Assembly: GCA_041749115.1 (NCBI GenBank)
Contig: JBGTBX010000415.1
Span: 1-53,865, forward strand
DNA from: Gemmatimonadaceae bacterium
GTDB lineage: Bacteria > Gemmatimonadota > Gemmatimonadetes > Gemmatimonadales > Gemmatimonadaceae
Length of the DNA: 53,865 nucleotides
Direction of reading: 5' to 3'
Shown here: one piece after another, positions 9,980-19,031 of the stretch
Layout of the letters: each line of letters starts with the position of its first letter
How positions within the stretch are numbered: position 1 is the first letter of the stretch
The notes under the pieces: model-generated
The model's input: only the letters and a program-made list of their open reading frames with translations
Databases searched by the model: none
What the model was told of the DNA's origin: nothing
Position numbers and translations under genes: made by a program

Positions 9980-10908
9980 GTGAGCCAGAACGCGGCACGA
10001 TCGGCAAGAATCTGTGCGCGAGAGCGGGACTTCTGAGCCTCGGCGACCAGGCGCATGATACCTGCGAGTGCGGTTTGTTCACCTGTCGCCGTCACTTCGA
10101 CGCGGAGGACACCAGCACCATTGACCGTGCCGCCAATGACTTGTGCGTCGGCAGCTTTTTTCACCGGTCGGGATTCGCCGGTGATCATCGCTTCATCGAC
10201 GTCGCTTGTGCCTTCGCGCACGATGCCATCAGCGGGCACGCTTGACCCCGGGCGCACTAGCACGAGATCCCCTTCGCGCAGCGTCGCGGCAGGCACTTCC
10301 TCGGTGCTGCCGTCCTCCGCAACCCGTGTCGCCATGTCGGGCAACAGCTTAGCAAGCTCCTGCAGCGCACCCTGAGCCTGAGTGATCGAACGCATCTCGA
10401 GCCAGTGACCCAGCAACATGATCGTGACCAGCGACGCCAGCTCTTCCCACAGCGGCATGCCGGGAAAGCCGAGTGTGACCGCGGCGCTGAAGAGGAACGC
10501 CACCAGGATGGCGAGCGAAATCAGCGTCATCATGCCAGGCGCTCGGTCGCGCAGTTCCCGGGCAGCGCCTTGGAGGAACACCCAGCCCCCGTAGACGAAG
10601 ACCAGCGTTCCAAAGACGGCCGGGATCATGTGGCTGCCGGTGAACGTGGGGGCGGTGTAGCCCAGCGCGTTCTGCAGCATGTGGCCCCAGATCAGGGGCG
10701 GAATCGTCAGGACGAGGCTCAGCCAGAATTTCTTGCGGAAGCCGTCGACGCTGTGTCCCGCGTGTTTGTCGTGGTCCTGGTGAGGCGAGTCGGCATGCAT
10801 TGCATGGGAGGCGCTCGTCGAGGGGGCGTCAGCCTTGTGACCATGATGACCGTGATGATTGGTCTGGTCCTCTTTTGGGTGATGCCCCTGTGCGTGCGGG
10901 TCCGACAT
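9889..10908 (-). pseudogene. N-terminal about 340 aa of a heavy-metal P1B-type ATPase (His-rich N-terminus), truncated
   Basis: Probable start MSDPHAQGHH at about 10908 (SD GAAGAGGG upstream). His-rich metal-binding tail, TM helices, actuator domain with ITGESRPV (TGES motif) and one further TM. The ORF then ends (WLVVGA RPQRVICTTP*) before the CPC/CPH, DKTGT and ATP-binding domains. Its 3' end overlaps the CusA fragment in another frame. Confidence 0.7.
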
Positions 10909-11456
10909 GGTTGCCCTCTTCTGGCTAGTGGGTGCTCGCGCTGGTCGCAGGAATCCTAAACGGCGTGCGAGGGATAGGTGTTGAATCTCATGCGCCAATT
11001 CGGTCCACGCGCGGCGACCGGGTTCCGACGGGCCGGCTACGGAATGGGTTGGTTGGCGACTTTCGCTCCGCGGCCTCATCTATATCGACGGTGCGTTTAT
11101 CCCCATCGACGGCGATGGCCCATCTTCGTTGACAATAGATGATTTTATTGCCCGTGACGATGTTGCCGCCGTCGAGGTGTATCAGCGGCCCAGCCTGGTG
11201 CCGCCGGAATTCAGTGGCGGGCTCCGGGGGTGTGGTGCCATCCTGGTGTGGAGCAAACAGGGGACGAATTACGTGCCCGTCCGCGCGCCCAGAAAACCAG
11301 GCGGGTCGAATCGCTGACTGGCTGCGTTGAGTGGCTGATAATCATCGATGCCAAGTTTCAAGAGGATGCACTTGAGCTCCGTCACGTTGCTTCGAGCTCA
11401 GCGGCGTCAATTAGCGTTATATCGGGTTGTCACAAAAGTGCTCTAATTCAGCGAAA

Positions 11457-11494
11457 TGACTTGTATGGTCACGCAAAGATGACTAGTATGGTCA
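11457..11494 (+). promoter_or_regulatory. Two tandem palindromic operator-like repeats (TGAC-N7-GTCA) immediately upstream of the phd/yefM antitoxin start
   Basis: aaTGACttgtatgGTCAcgcaaagaTGACtagtatgGTCAtATG. Two 15-bp dyads 23 bp apart, centre to centre, ending 1-2 nt before the antitoxin ATG. This geometry is typical of autoregulated type II TA operators. Confidence 0.5.
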
Positions 11495-11495
11495 T

Positions 11496-11786
11496 ATGAG
11501 ACAAGTCTCCATTTCCGAGCTCAAGGCGCAACTCAGCGCATACCTCGCGATTGTACGAGGAGGGGATGCGGTGCTTGTCACCGATCGTGGGCGCGTGGTC
11601 GCCCAGCTCGCCCCCGCTCCGGTGGCTGACGCTGCGGTTGGGCGACGCGAACAGCTGCTGCAGGAAGGGCGCATGCGCGCTCCCCAAAGCAAGCTCTCAA
11701 AGGAGTTTGCACGCGCGGATATTCCAACGGACTCAGAAGGGCGTTCACTGGCCGCCATTATCGAAGAGCGCGGCGAGGGCTGGTGA
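11496..11786 (+). CDS. Type II antitoxin, Phd/YefM family
   Basis: MRQVSISELKAQLSAYLAIVRGGDAVLVTDRGRVVAQLAP has the Phd/YefM N-terminal fold signature. 4-nt overlap (GTGA) with the downstream PIN toxin. Confidence 0.8.
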   Translation: MRQVSISELKAQLSAYLAIVRGGDAVLVTDRGRVVAQLAPAPVADAAVGRREQLLQEGRMRAPQSKLSKEFARADIPTDSEGRSLAAIIEERGEGW

Positions 11787-12199
11787 AGTTCTGGGATTCG
11801 TCGGCGCTGGTGCCATTACTGCTGAACCAACCCCGCACAGCGTTGGCTCGAGAGCTCCTGCGTGAAGACGGCGAACAGGTGGTGTGGTGGGGATCGGTCG
11901 TGGAATGTGCGTCCGCGATTGCACGATTGCATCGCGACGGCCACTTAACATCTGCAGATGAACGCCGTGCACGCGAGCTGTTGCAGACGCTGAGCGGCAG
12001 TTGGTTCGAGATGCAGCCGGGCGCGGCTATTCGCGAGCATGCGCTCCGACTGCTCCGACTACACCCTCTGCGCGCCGCTGATGCGATGCAGCTCGCTGCT
12101 GCAATCGAATGGGCCGGTGCGCCGTCCAATGGTTCGTTCGTCACTTTCGATGATCGCCTCGCCGCGGCGGCGCAGCGTGAAGGTTTCGCTACCCCGTAG
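11783..12199 (+). CDS. vapC: PIN-domain toxin (VapC-like)
   Basis: VKFWDSSALVPLL (first acidic PIN residue), 138 aa, GTG start overlapping the antitoxin stop. Confidence 0.75.
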   Translation: MKFWDSSALVPLLLNQPRTALARELLREDGEQVVWWGSVVECASAIARLHRDGHLTSADERRARELLQTLSGSWFEMQPGAAIREHALRLLRLHPLRAADAMQLAAAIEWAGAPSNGSFVTFDDRLAAAAQREGFATP

Positions 12200-12259
12200 C
12201 GGAGCACGATCCTCGGCGAGCAACTCCGCGAGCATCACCGACGCGTCCAGATAAATCAT
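12059..12259 (-). pseudogene. Truncated PIN-domain toxin remnant (66 aa)
   Basis: MIYLDASVMLAELLAEDRAP is a canonical VapC N-terminus (catalytic Asp at position 5). The ORF then runs antisense through the 3' end of the convergent vapC and stops after 66 codons, so about 70 C-terminal residues of a normal PIN toxin are missing. It immediately follows its antitoxin (12260..12547) with no gap. Confidence 0.55.
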
Positions 12260-12547
12260 CTAGTGACCGCGGTCGTCGTCCAGTTCAGCAAGGATCTCCG
12301 CCAGGGGGGCCACGGGAACCCGTTTGGGCTTCGGCGTTCGGGCTCGCATCACGGGAGGACTGACAACTCCTTCGCGAACGGCCTGCGCGAGGAGGGCATC
12401 GTTGACGTACAGTGAGCGCCCTTGCGGAGGTACCAGCTCAGCAACCACACGGTCGCGGTCGGTCACGAGGATCACTTCGCCGCTCGCGGCCAGGCGCACG
12501 TACTCAGCGAGCTTGTTCTTGAGGACCTTGAGGCCGACGGCGATCAT
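12260..12547 (-). CDS. Type II antitoxin, Phd/YefM family
   Basis: MIAVGLKVLKNKLAEYVRLAASGEVILVTDRDRVVAELVPP, 95 aa. Confidence 0.75.
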   Translation of the reverse strand: MIAVGLKVLKNKLAEYVRLAASGEVILVTDRDRVVAELVPPQGRSLYVNDALLAQAVREGVVSPPVMRARTPKPKRVPVAPLAEILAELDDDRGH

Positions 12548-12553
12548 ACTCTA

Positions 12554-12571
12554 ATGTAGCTTCTGGAAGCT
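12554..12571 (+). promoter_or_regulatory. Perfect 8-2-8 palindrome GTAGCTTC-tg-GAAGCTAC just upstream of the minus-strand antitoxin start (candidate TA operator)
   Basis: ctaatGTAGCTTCtgGAAGCTACttcag lies within 10 nt of the antitoxin start codon at 12547. Confidence 0.45.
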
Positions 12572-12853
12572 ACTTCAGAAAAGTCGCGATTCTGGCGCCC
12601 GTTGGCAGAGGATAGGGCGACTGCTGTTCTGTGTCGCCTACGCCGGGGGTGCTCGTCGCAGCTCAGGGAAGGACAACGGCAAGGATGCTGGGAATCTGGA
12701 ACAGTGGATCACCATCAGCAGTGGTTCGAGCGGCGGCGTCGTGGGTCGCCGACGTAGGTGCAAACGCTCCTTGCCACTCAGGCCAGGTCGGTACCGGGAA
12801 CGCGATAGGGATCCGAAAGAGTGGTTCCCCTTATCCCCGTGTAGATTCGGAGT

Positions 12854-14425
12854 ATGGTTAGCATGACGCCCCCGCCCAAATCCGTCCTCTGGGTCGACGA
12901 TGAAGTCGACCTCCTCGAGGCGCATCGCCTCTTCCTCGCCGGCAAGGGCATCGACGTCACGGTCGCCAGCAATGCCGACGACGCCATCGAATTGGTCAGG
13001 AGACAGCCGTTCGACCTGATGCTGCTCGACGAACAGATGCCAGGCACACGCGGCCTCGATGCGGTACGCTCGGTGCGCGAACTCGCCCCGACGTTGCCGG
13101 TGGTGATGATCACCAAGTCCGAAGATGACGCGACACTGCGCGAGGCATTGGGAGCGGATGTCCGTGACTATTTGGTTAAGCCGGTGTCGCCACGTCAGGT
13201 TCTTTCGCTGATTACCAAAATCCTTGATGGCGCCCGCATCAGGCAGCAGGCGGTCGCGCGGGCGTTCGTTGAGCGTTTCCGCGAGATGGAGCAGGAGGCG
13301 AGCAAAGACCTCGACTGGCGCGGCTGGGTTGATCGGTTCGATGAACTGATGCGCTGGGATATTGATCTGGCCGAGGCGAGCGAGGGTGGGTTGCACGAAT
13401 CGCTGCGTGGATTGTATCCGCACATGCAGCGCGACTTCGCACACTTCATCGCCACGAACTACCCGGCGTGGCTTCGCGACCTGGAAGGTGATCGGCCTCC
13501 TCTTTCGGTCGACGTCGTCAGTGAATTTGTTCTGCCGGTGCTCAAGCGCGACTCCCGCGTCGTGTTCATCGTGGTCGACTGTATGCGCCTTGATCAATGG
13601 CGTGCGCTCGAACCCGGCCTTGCGACACTCTTTGACGTCGAAACAACGCACTATTTCTCCATCCTTCCCACGGCGACACCATACGCGCGCAACGCCATCT
13701 TTGCGGGGCTCTTTCCGGGCGAGATTGCGGCGCGCTTTCCGGATTGGTGGGGGAGCGATCGCGATGACGAGTCACTGAATAAACACGAAGCGGAACTGCT
13801 CGAGGCGCAACTGAAAGAGGCGAAGGTCAACGCCGCGGTGCGCTACCACAAGATCTCCACGCCGCACGATTCGGATGAGCTTGAGCGCCATATGGCCACT
13901 GCGATCGCCCCCGAAGGTGTGTCGGCGTTCGTGTTCAATTTTGTTGATCTGCTCACACATGGCAGATCCGAGTCCGCGATTCTCTTTGAAGTCGCGCGCG
14001 ACGAAGTGGCATTGCGCCAACTCACGTCGCAGTGGTTCCAGCGCTCCTCGCTGCTGAGCCTCCTCCAGGAGGCCGCACGAAAGAAGATCCGCGTCGTACT
14101 CACCAGCGACCACGGTTCAATCCACTGCACGACTCCCGCCACAGTCTTCGCCAAGCGCGACGCGACCCATAACCTGCGCTACAAGTTCGGCGAAGATATC
14201 CGCGCCGAGCGCCACGATCAGGCGCTGAGCTTCCGGAACTCGGACGACCTGCGCCTCCCGCGACGTGGTTCAGGTGCGGGAACGCTCATGGCCGTCGGCA
14301 ATACGTTCTTTGTATATCCCACGAAGTTGCGGGAATACCAGAGTCGCTATCGCGGATCATTCCTGCACGGGGGAGTCACACCGGAGGAGTGCATTGTTCC
14401 GCTGGCACTTCTGACACCCAGGTAA
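12854..14425 (+). CDS. Response regulator receiver domain fused to a PglZ (alkaline-phosphatase superfamily) domain; PorX-like
   Basis: N-terminal CheY-like REC (VLWVDDEVDLLEAH...DLMLLDEQMPGTRGLD...VVMITKSEDD...VRDYLVKP). The C-terminal 400 aa carries PglZ/AP-superfamily motifs (FIVVDCMRLDQW, VVLTSDHGSIHCT). Same architecture as Porphyromonas PorX. Confidence 0.75.
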   Translation: MVSMTPPPKSVLWVDDEVDLLEAHRLFLAGKGIDVTVASNADDAIELVRRQPFDLMLLDEQMPGTRGLDAVRSVRELAPTLPVVMITKSEDDATLREALGADVRDYLVKPVSPRQVLSLITKILDGARIRQQAVARAFVERFREMEQEASKDLDWRGWVDRFDELMRWDIDLAEASEGGLHESLRGLYPHMQRDFAHFIATNYPAWLRDLEGDRPPLSVDVVSEFVLPVLKRDSRVVFIVVDCMRLDQWRALEPGLATLFDVETTHYFSILPTATPYARNAIFAGLFPGEIAARFPDWWGSDRDDESLNKHEAELLEAQLKEAKVNAAVRYHKISTPHDSDELERHMATAIAPEGVSAFVFNFVDLLTHGRSESAILFEVARDEVALRQLTSQWFQRSSLLSLLQEAARKKIRVVLTSDHGSIHCTTPATVFAKRDATHNLRYKFGEDIRAERHDQALSFRNSDDLRLPRRGSGAGTLMAVGNTFFVYPTKLREYQSRYRGSFLHGGVTPEECIVPLALLTPR

Positions 14426-14456
14426 TGTTCACAGCACATCGCTGTCGCTCGGCCCC

Positions 14457-16268
14457 GTGACTACGACCTCCACCTGGCGGCGTGTTGTCGTCTTTCTGCG
14501 TCCGCACTATTGGAGGCTGGGCGCCACCATTGCGTGTAACATCGGTGCGGCTGCGCTGGACGTGTTTTCGTTCACGCTGCTTATCCCATTCCTCGACCGA
14601 CTCTTTGGCACCACGTCACCGGGCGGGATCTCGGATTTGCAACGGAGATTACTCGGCGACTGGATGGTTACGCAGGATCCGCAAACGGCACTGCGGAACA
14701 TCATCCTCGTCATTCTGGTCGCAATTACTCTGAAGAATGCCCTGGTGTGGCTCAGTGGACAGCTGTCGGCCACGCTGCAGGAGTACGTTACGCGCGATCT
14801 TCGGAACGCGCTCTACGCGCACATTCAGAGGCTGCCCCTCGCTTATTTCACCACCACCAGGGCGGGACAGATCCTGAGCCGGGTGCTCACCGACACGCAG
14901 CAAACCAAACAGGTAATCACCGAGGCTGTTGCCAGGTCGATGATGAGCGCGGCGACGGTCATCATCGCGCTCGTGGCGATGTTCGTGATCTCGGTGCGCC
15001 TCTCGCTTGTGTCACTGATTGTCGCGCCGCTGCTTATTGCTTTGCTGCAACCCATCCTGCGGAAGTTGCGCAAGGGCCATCGCCGGCTCGGGAATCAATA
15101 CGGAGACCTGACCAGCCTTGTGCAGGAGGGTGTGACCGGGGTAAGGCTCGTAAAATCATTTCGCGGCGAGCCCTACGAAACAGACCGATTTCGCGAAGCG
15201 AGTGGCCGGTACGCCATGGGGATGGCGCGGGTTACGCGTCTGTCGCATCTCGCGCAGCCACTTACCGAAACCGTCGCAACGGCGATCGCCATGCTCATCC
15301 TGTGGATGGGGGCGAATGGCGTTGCACGAGGCGATTCGCTCACCGGCTCCGAGCTTATCGCGTTCCTGAGTATTGTGATGAAGATGCTGCAGCCCCTCAA
15401 ACAATTGTCACAGGTCCCGACCGCGGCGCAACAATCTCTGGCCGCTGCCGACCGCGTGCTTGAGGTGCTGGACACGCCGGCCGAGTCGGTGCGTGACACG
15501 GGTACGCGTGAGGTCCATGGTATTGAGAGGGACGTTGTCTTCGATCGTGTGTCGTTCAGCTATGCCGAAGCACCAGTGCTGCGCGACGTGTCGCTCACGG
15601 CGCGGCGTGGCGATATTGTCGCGCTCGTCGGGCCCAGTGGATCGGGCAAGAGCACCCTGGTCGATCTTATTCCGCGCTTTCACGAAGTCACGGCCGGCAC
15701 CATACGCATCGACGACGTGGACATTCGTGAGTTCTCGATGGTGTCCTTGCGTCGATTGACCGGCATTGTGAGTCAGGATACCGTGCTGTTCAACGACACC
15801 GTGCGCAACAATCGTGCGTACGGCCGCCCCGATGCGTTCAGCAACGAGCAGATTGAATCGGCAGCGCGCGCCGCAAACGCGCACGACTTCATCGTTGCAC
15901 TTCCTCAGGGATACGACTCTGTGCTGGGTGAGCGCGGTGGGCTGTTATCAGGCGGCCAGCGTCAGCGCCTTGCGATCGCCCGCGCGCTGTTGATTGATCC
16001 ACCGATTCTCATCCTGGATGAAGCGACCTCAGCGCTCGATACCGAGTCGGAACGTCTGGTGCAGGAGGCGCTTGATCGGCTGTTTGAGGGCCGCACCGTG
16101 TTCGTTATTGCGCATCGGCTTAGCACCATCCAGCATGCCACGCAGATTCTGGTCCTCGATACGGGAGTGGTCGTGGAGCGCGGTACACACACGGAACTTC
16201 TGGCCAAAGGTGGTGCCTATTCCCGTCTGCATGCGCTGCAATTCAACGACTCGCCGGCACGGGTGTAA
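14457..16268 (+). CDS. msbA: ABC transporter, fused permease/ATPase, MsbA-like lipid exporter
   Basis: 603 aa. Six-TM N-terminal domain, then Walker A GPSGSGKST, signature LSGGQRQRLAIARAL and Walker B ILILDEATSALD. Confidence 0.8.
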   Translation: MTTTSTWRRVVVFLRPHYWRLGATIACNIGAAALDVFSFTLLIPFLDRLFGTTSPGGISDLQRRLLGDWMVTQDPQTALRNIILVILVAITLKNALVWLSGQLSATLQEYVTRDLRNALYAHIQRLPLAYFTTTRAGQILSRVLTDTQQTKQVITEAVARSMMSAATVIIALVAMFVISVRLSLVSLIVAPLLIALLQPILRKLRKGHRRLGNQYGDLTSLVQEGVTGVRLVKSFRGEPYETDRFREASGRYAMGMARVTRLSHLAQPLTETVATAIAMLILWMGANGVARGDSLTGSELIAFLSIVMKMLQPLKQLSQVPTAAQQSLAAADRVLEVLDTPAESVRDTGTREVHGIERDVVFDRVSFSYAEAPVLRDVSLTARRGDIVALVGPSGSGKSTLVDLIPRFHEVTAGTIRIDDVDIREFSMVSLRRLTGIVSQDTVLFNDTVRNNRAYGRPDAFSNEQIESAARAANAHDFIVALPQGYDSVLGERGGLLSGGQRQRLAIARALLIDPPILILDEATSALDTESERLVQEALDRLFEGRTVFVIAHRLSTIQHATQILVLDTGVVVERGTHTELLAKGGAYSRLHALQFNDSPARV

Positions 16269-16270
16269 GC

Positions 16271-17350
16271 GTGCGGCTTATTTTTCTGCAGACTGATCAG
16301 GAGTGGACGGGATCCACGTCGGTGATGGCGACGGTGGCGAAGGGGCTGACTGCTGGTGAACACGAGGCACAGCTGCTTCTCCCGTTGGGTTCAGCAGCCA
16401 TTCAGGTGGCGGAGTCCGCGTCGGTGCCCTTCGCGGCACTTCCTGAGCGTCGCACGACGCTGGGATTGTCCGCCGAACTGGCCCGACAGTTTAAGAAGCG
16501 TGCTCCGGATGCCGTCTTCGTGAATTCATCGCGTGATCATTTGCTCGCCGCCCTGGTGTTGCGCCGCGTCGGACGAGGGGCACTCGTTCGCCGGCTCGCA
16601 GCAGGGGGAGACCCTCCCGACGACTGGCGGTCTCGCCGAGCCGACGCCATGGTGCCAACACGCCTGATGTACACCAGCGAGACCCCGCCTTCTGGTAAAG
16701 CTGCGCCGAGTGGCGCGCTGGTCCCTGTGCGCGTGGAGCTTGGGGCCGATATAAACGACGGGGAGGCCGCGCCAGGGATGGAGGCTCGCGTGGAATCTGA
16801 CCCACCGGTCACGCGCATTGTGTGCGTGGCACCAAGTTCGGCCATCCGTCGTGCGACAAATGTGGTGCGCGCGGTTGCGTACCTGGCACAGCGTCACGAG
16901 ACGCTGAAACTTCGTGTTGTTGGTTCAGCTGCCGCTGATCCGGACCTGCGGGTGTTGGCGTCGGCGCTTCGCATTGGTGATCGCGTGGAGTGGGAGCCGA
17001 ATCCGTTTTTTGAGGCTCACACTGTTGCCGATGCGGCGGCAGGGTGGGTGATCGGAGACCACGACGACGCCGGGCTGGGCGCGCTGGCACTTATGGCTCA
17101 CGGAGTCCCTGTGCTCGCGATGCGCACCTCGGTGTCTGCGCACTACGTCTCCGATGGTATCCACGGGCTCTTGTTTACTCATCTGGAACCGCCGGCAATG
17201 GCTGCGGCGACGTCGGTGCTGCTTGCAGATGCCGATCGACGCCGGGCGATGGGCGAAGCGGGGCGCTCACGTGTTGAACGGGAGTTCCCGTTAACGGACA
17301 TGCTTGCCGGGTTTGAGCAGGCCGCTCGGCATGGTCGACGAGCCACATAG
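16271..17350 (+). CDS. Glycosyltransferase (GT-B fold, family 1/4-like), translationally coupled to the ABC exporter
   Basis: GTG start 2 nt after the msbA-like stop. The C-terminal half has a GT-B donor-binding signature (RIGDRVEW...GWVIGDHDDAGLGALALMAHGVPVLAMRTSVSAHYVSDGIHGLLF). Divergent, so low confidence on family. Confidence 0.5.
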   Translation: MRLIFLQTDQEWTGSTSVMATVAKGLTAGEHEAQLLLPLGSAAIQVAESASVPFAALPERRTTLGLSAELARQFKKRAPDAVFVNSSRDHLLAALVLRRVGRGALVRRLAAGGDPPDDWRSRRADAMVPTRLMYTSETPPSGKAAPSGALVPVRVELGADINDGEAAPGMEARVESDPPVTRIVCVAPSSAIRRATNVVRAVAYLAQRHETLKLRVVGSAAADPDLRVLASALRIGDRVEWEPNPFFEAHTVADAAAGWVIGDHDDAGLGALALMAHGVPVLAMRTSVSAHYVSDGIHGLLFTHLEPPAMAAATSVLLADADRRRAMGEAGRSRVEREFPLTDMLAGFEQAARHGRRAT

Positions 17351-17439
17351 CGATCGATAGTTTACTTAGGTGCAAAGATCGGCCTTCCGGTGAGCAATGA
17401 GTCGCCGGATGGCAAACGGCGGCGCCCGCTCAGCAATCT

Positions 17440-18930
17440 TCACGCAGCCGGAGCGCTCGATGGATCGGCCACGCGCCAGTCCTGACGAGCCACGACGCGC
17501 GCGCGTTCAGCAGCAACCGAGCTCTCTGACCATCCCAGAAGCTGCTGCATCGTGTTGGCGGCCTCATCGACCACCTCAGGTGCAGGAGGACCCATGAGCC
17601 CCAACGAGGTTCGGCGTTCGAGCACGTCGGTGAGCGCCAGCGCCATCTCTTCGGTGACGGCGAAGTGCGTTGCAGCACGCACATCGGTGGCCACCGGTTC
17701 AATCGGTAACGGCGAATCGGCGGTGTCGCACGTCCGGACCCGCTCGTCCAATACATCAGCTACCTGATTCACGGCAAGTTCGGCGGTATGTCTCGACGTG
17801 GTCCACTTTCCGCCCAGCGCCGACACAAGGTTCCGCGGACCACCGAATCGATCATGGCGCACGACTTCAGCGCGGCGGCTGGCTTTATACGTGTTCTTAC
17901 CGCTCGCAAGCAATGGCCGGAGCCCCGCATACGCATCGCGGACGTCGATATCACCTGCTGCCAATGAGGGAAGTCCCTGTCTTAATGTATCCACAAGCAG
18001 ATCCACTTCATCGGACTTCACGCGGAGTGCGTCCGGATCATCATTAAAAGGAGTGTCCGTCGTGCCGATGAGCGATTGACCTTGCCACGGCACGACGAAG
18101 AGATGCGATCCGGGCATCGGGAGCGTGAGCGCGTGCATGCCGACGACAGATCGTATCACAATATGTATTCCCTTGGAGCGCTGCAGTCGGTGAGACGGCT
18201 CGCCGTCCATTGCAGCATCAAGCAGCACATCAGACCACGGACCAGCCGCGTTCACAAAGGTTCTTCCCCGCACATCAAACGTGTCGCCACTGATTGCACA
18301 CCGAACCATCGCTGAGTGAAGAGCGCCGTCTGCGACATTAAACGACGTCACTTCGGCGTAGTTTGCGACCTGTGCGCCGTGCGCCGCCGCGTCCTGGAGA
18401 CACGCGATCGCCAGACGTTCGGGAGACAACATCTGTGCGTCTGAATAGACCAGCGCACCATACATCGCCCGCCCCTTAAGCACCGGCTCAAGCTCTCTGG
18501 CCTCGTCAGAAGAGACCCGTCGGTGTCCGTGCATGTGTTCGCTGTCGGGCATTCCGCGGTTGCGGTCGAAGGAGAGGCCGTCGTACAGTGACAGTCCCGC
18601 ACGAAGGTACAGTTCCTCGCGCAGGCTCCGTGTGGGCAGTACGAAGGACAAAGGCCTCACCAGCTGCGGCGCAATGCGCAGCCACGCACGTCGTTCGCGC
18701 AGCGACTCCCGGACCAGCGTGTATTGACCTGTTGCGAGGTAGCGCAGGCCCCCGTGAACGAGTCGGGTGGTGCCACTACTGGTCCCGCTCGAAAAATCGC
18801 GTCGTTCGACAAGCGCGACGGACAGGCCACGGCGGGCGGCGTCGCGTGCGATGCACACACCGGTGATACCGCCGCCGATCACAACAACGTCGAATGTGGT
18901 CTGCGCCAGAGCCGTCAAATCCCTTTTCAT
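17440..18930 (-). CDS. glpD: FAD-dependent glycerol-3-phosphate dehydrogenase
   Basis: FDVVVIGGGITGVCIARDAARRGLSVALVERRDFSSGTSSGTTRLVHGGLRYL is the GlpD/GlpA N-terminal FAD motif. 496 aa. Confidence 0.85.
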   Translation of the reverse strand: MKRDLTALAQTTFDVVVIGGGITGVCIARDAARRGLSVALVERRDFSSGTSSGTTRLVHGGLRYLATGQYTLVRESLRERRAWLRIAPQLVRPLSFVLPTRSLREELYLRAGLSLYDGLSFDRNRGMPDSEHMHGHRRVSSDEARELEPVLKGRAMYGALVYSDAQMLSPERLAIACLQDAAAHGAQVANYAEVTSFNVADGALHSAMVRCAISGDTFDVRGRTFVNAAGPWSDVLLDAAMDGEPSHRLQRSKGIHIVIRSVVGMHALTLPMPGSHLFVVPWQGQSLIGTTDTPFNDDPDALRVKSDEVDLLVDTLRQGLPSLAAGDIDVRDAYAGLRPLLASGKNTYKASRRAEVVRHDRFGGPRNLVSALGGKWTTSRHTAELAVNQVADVLDERVRTCDTADSPLPIEPVATDVRAATHFAVTEEMALALTDVLERRTSLGLMGPPAPEVVDEAANTMQQLLGWSESSVAAERARVVARQDWRVADPSSAPAA

Positions 18931-19031
18931 GTCTGAATTGAGGGCAAGGTTCGGCCCGCTGTCAATCGTAGATTCGCCCGATCGTCGCTACCTTTCGTCG
19001 TGCAGGTTGTTGTCATTCAACTCCGGAAGGT

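Noticed and set aside
12638-13651. 337-aa minus-strand ORF
   Set aside because: Entirely antisense to the well-supported PorX-like REC-PglZ gene. Arg/His-rich with no motifs.
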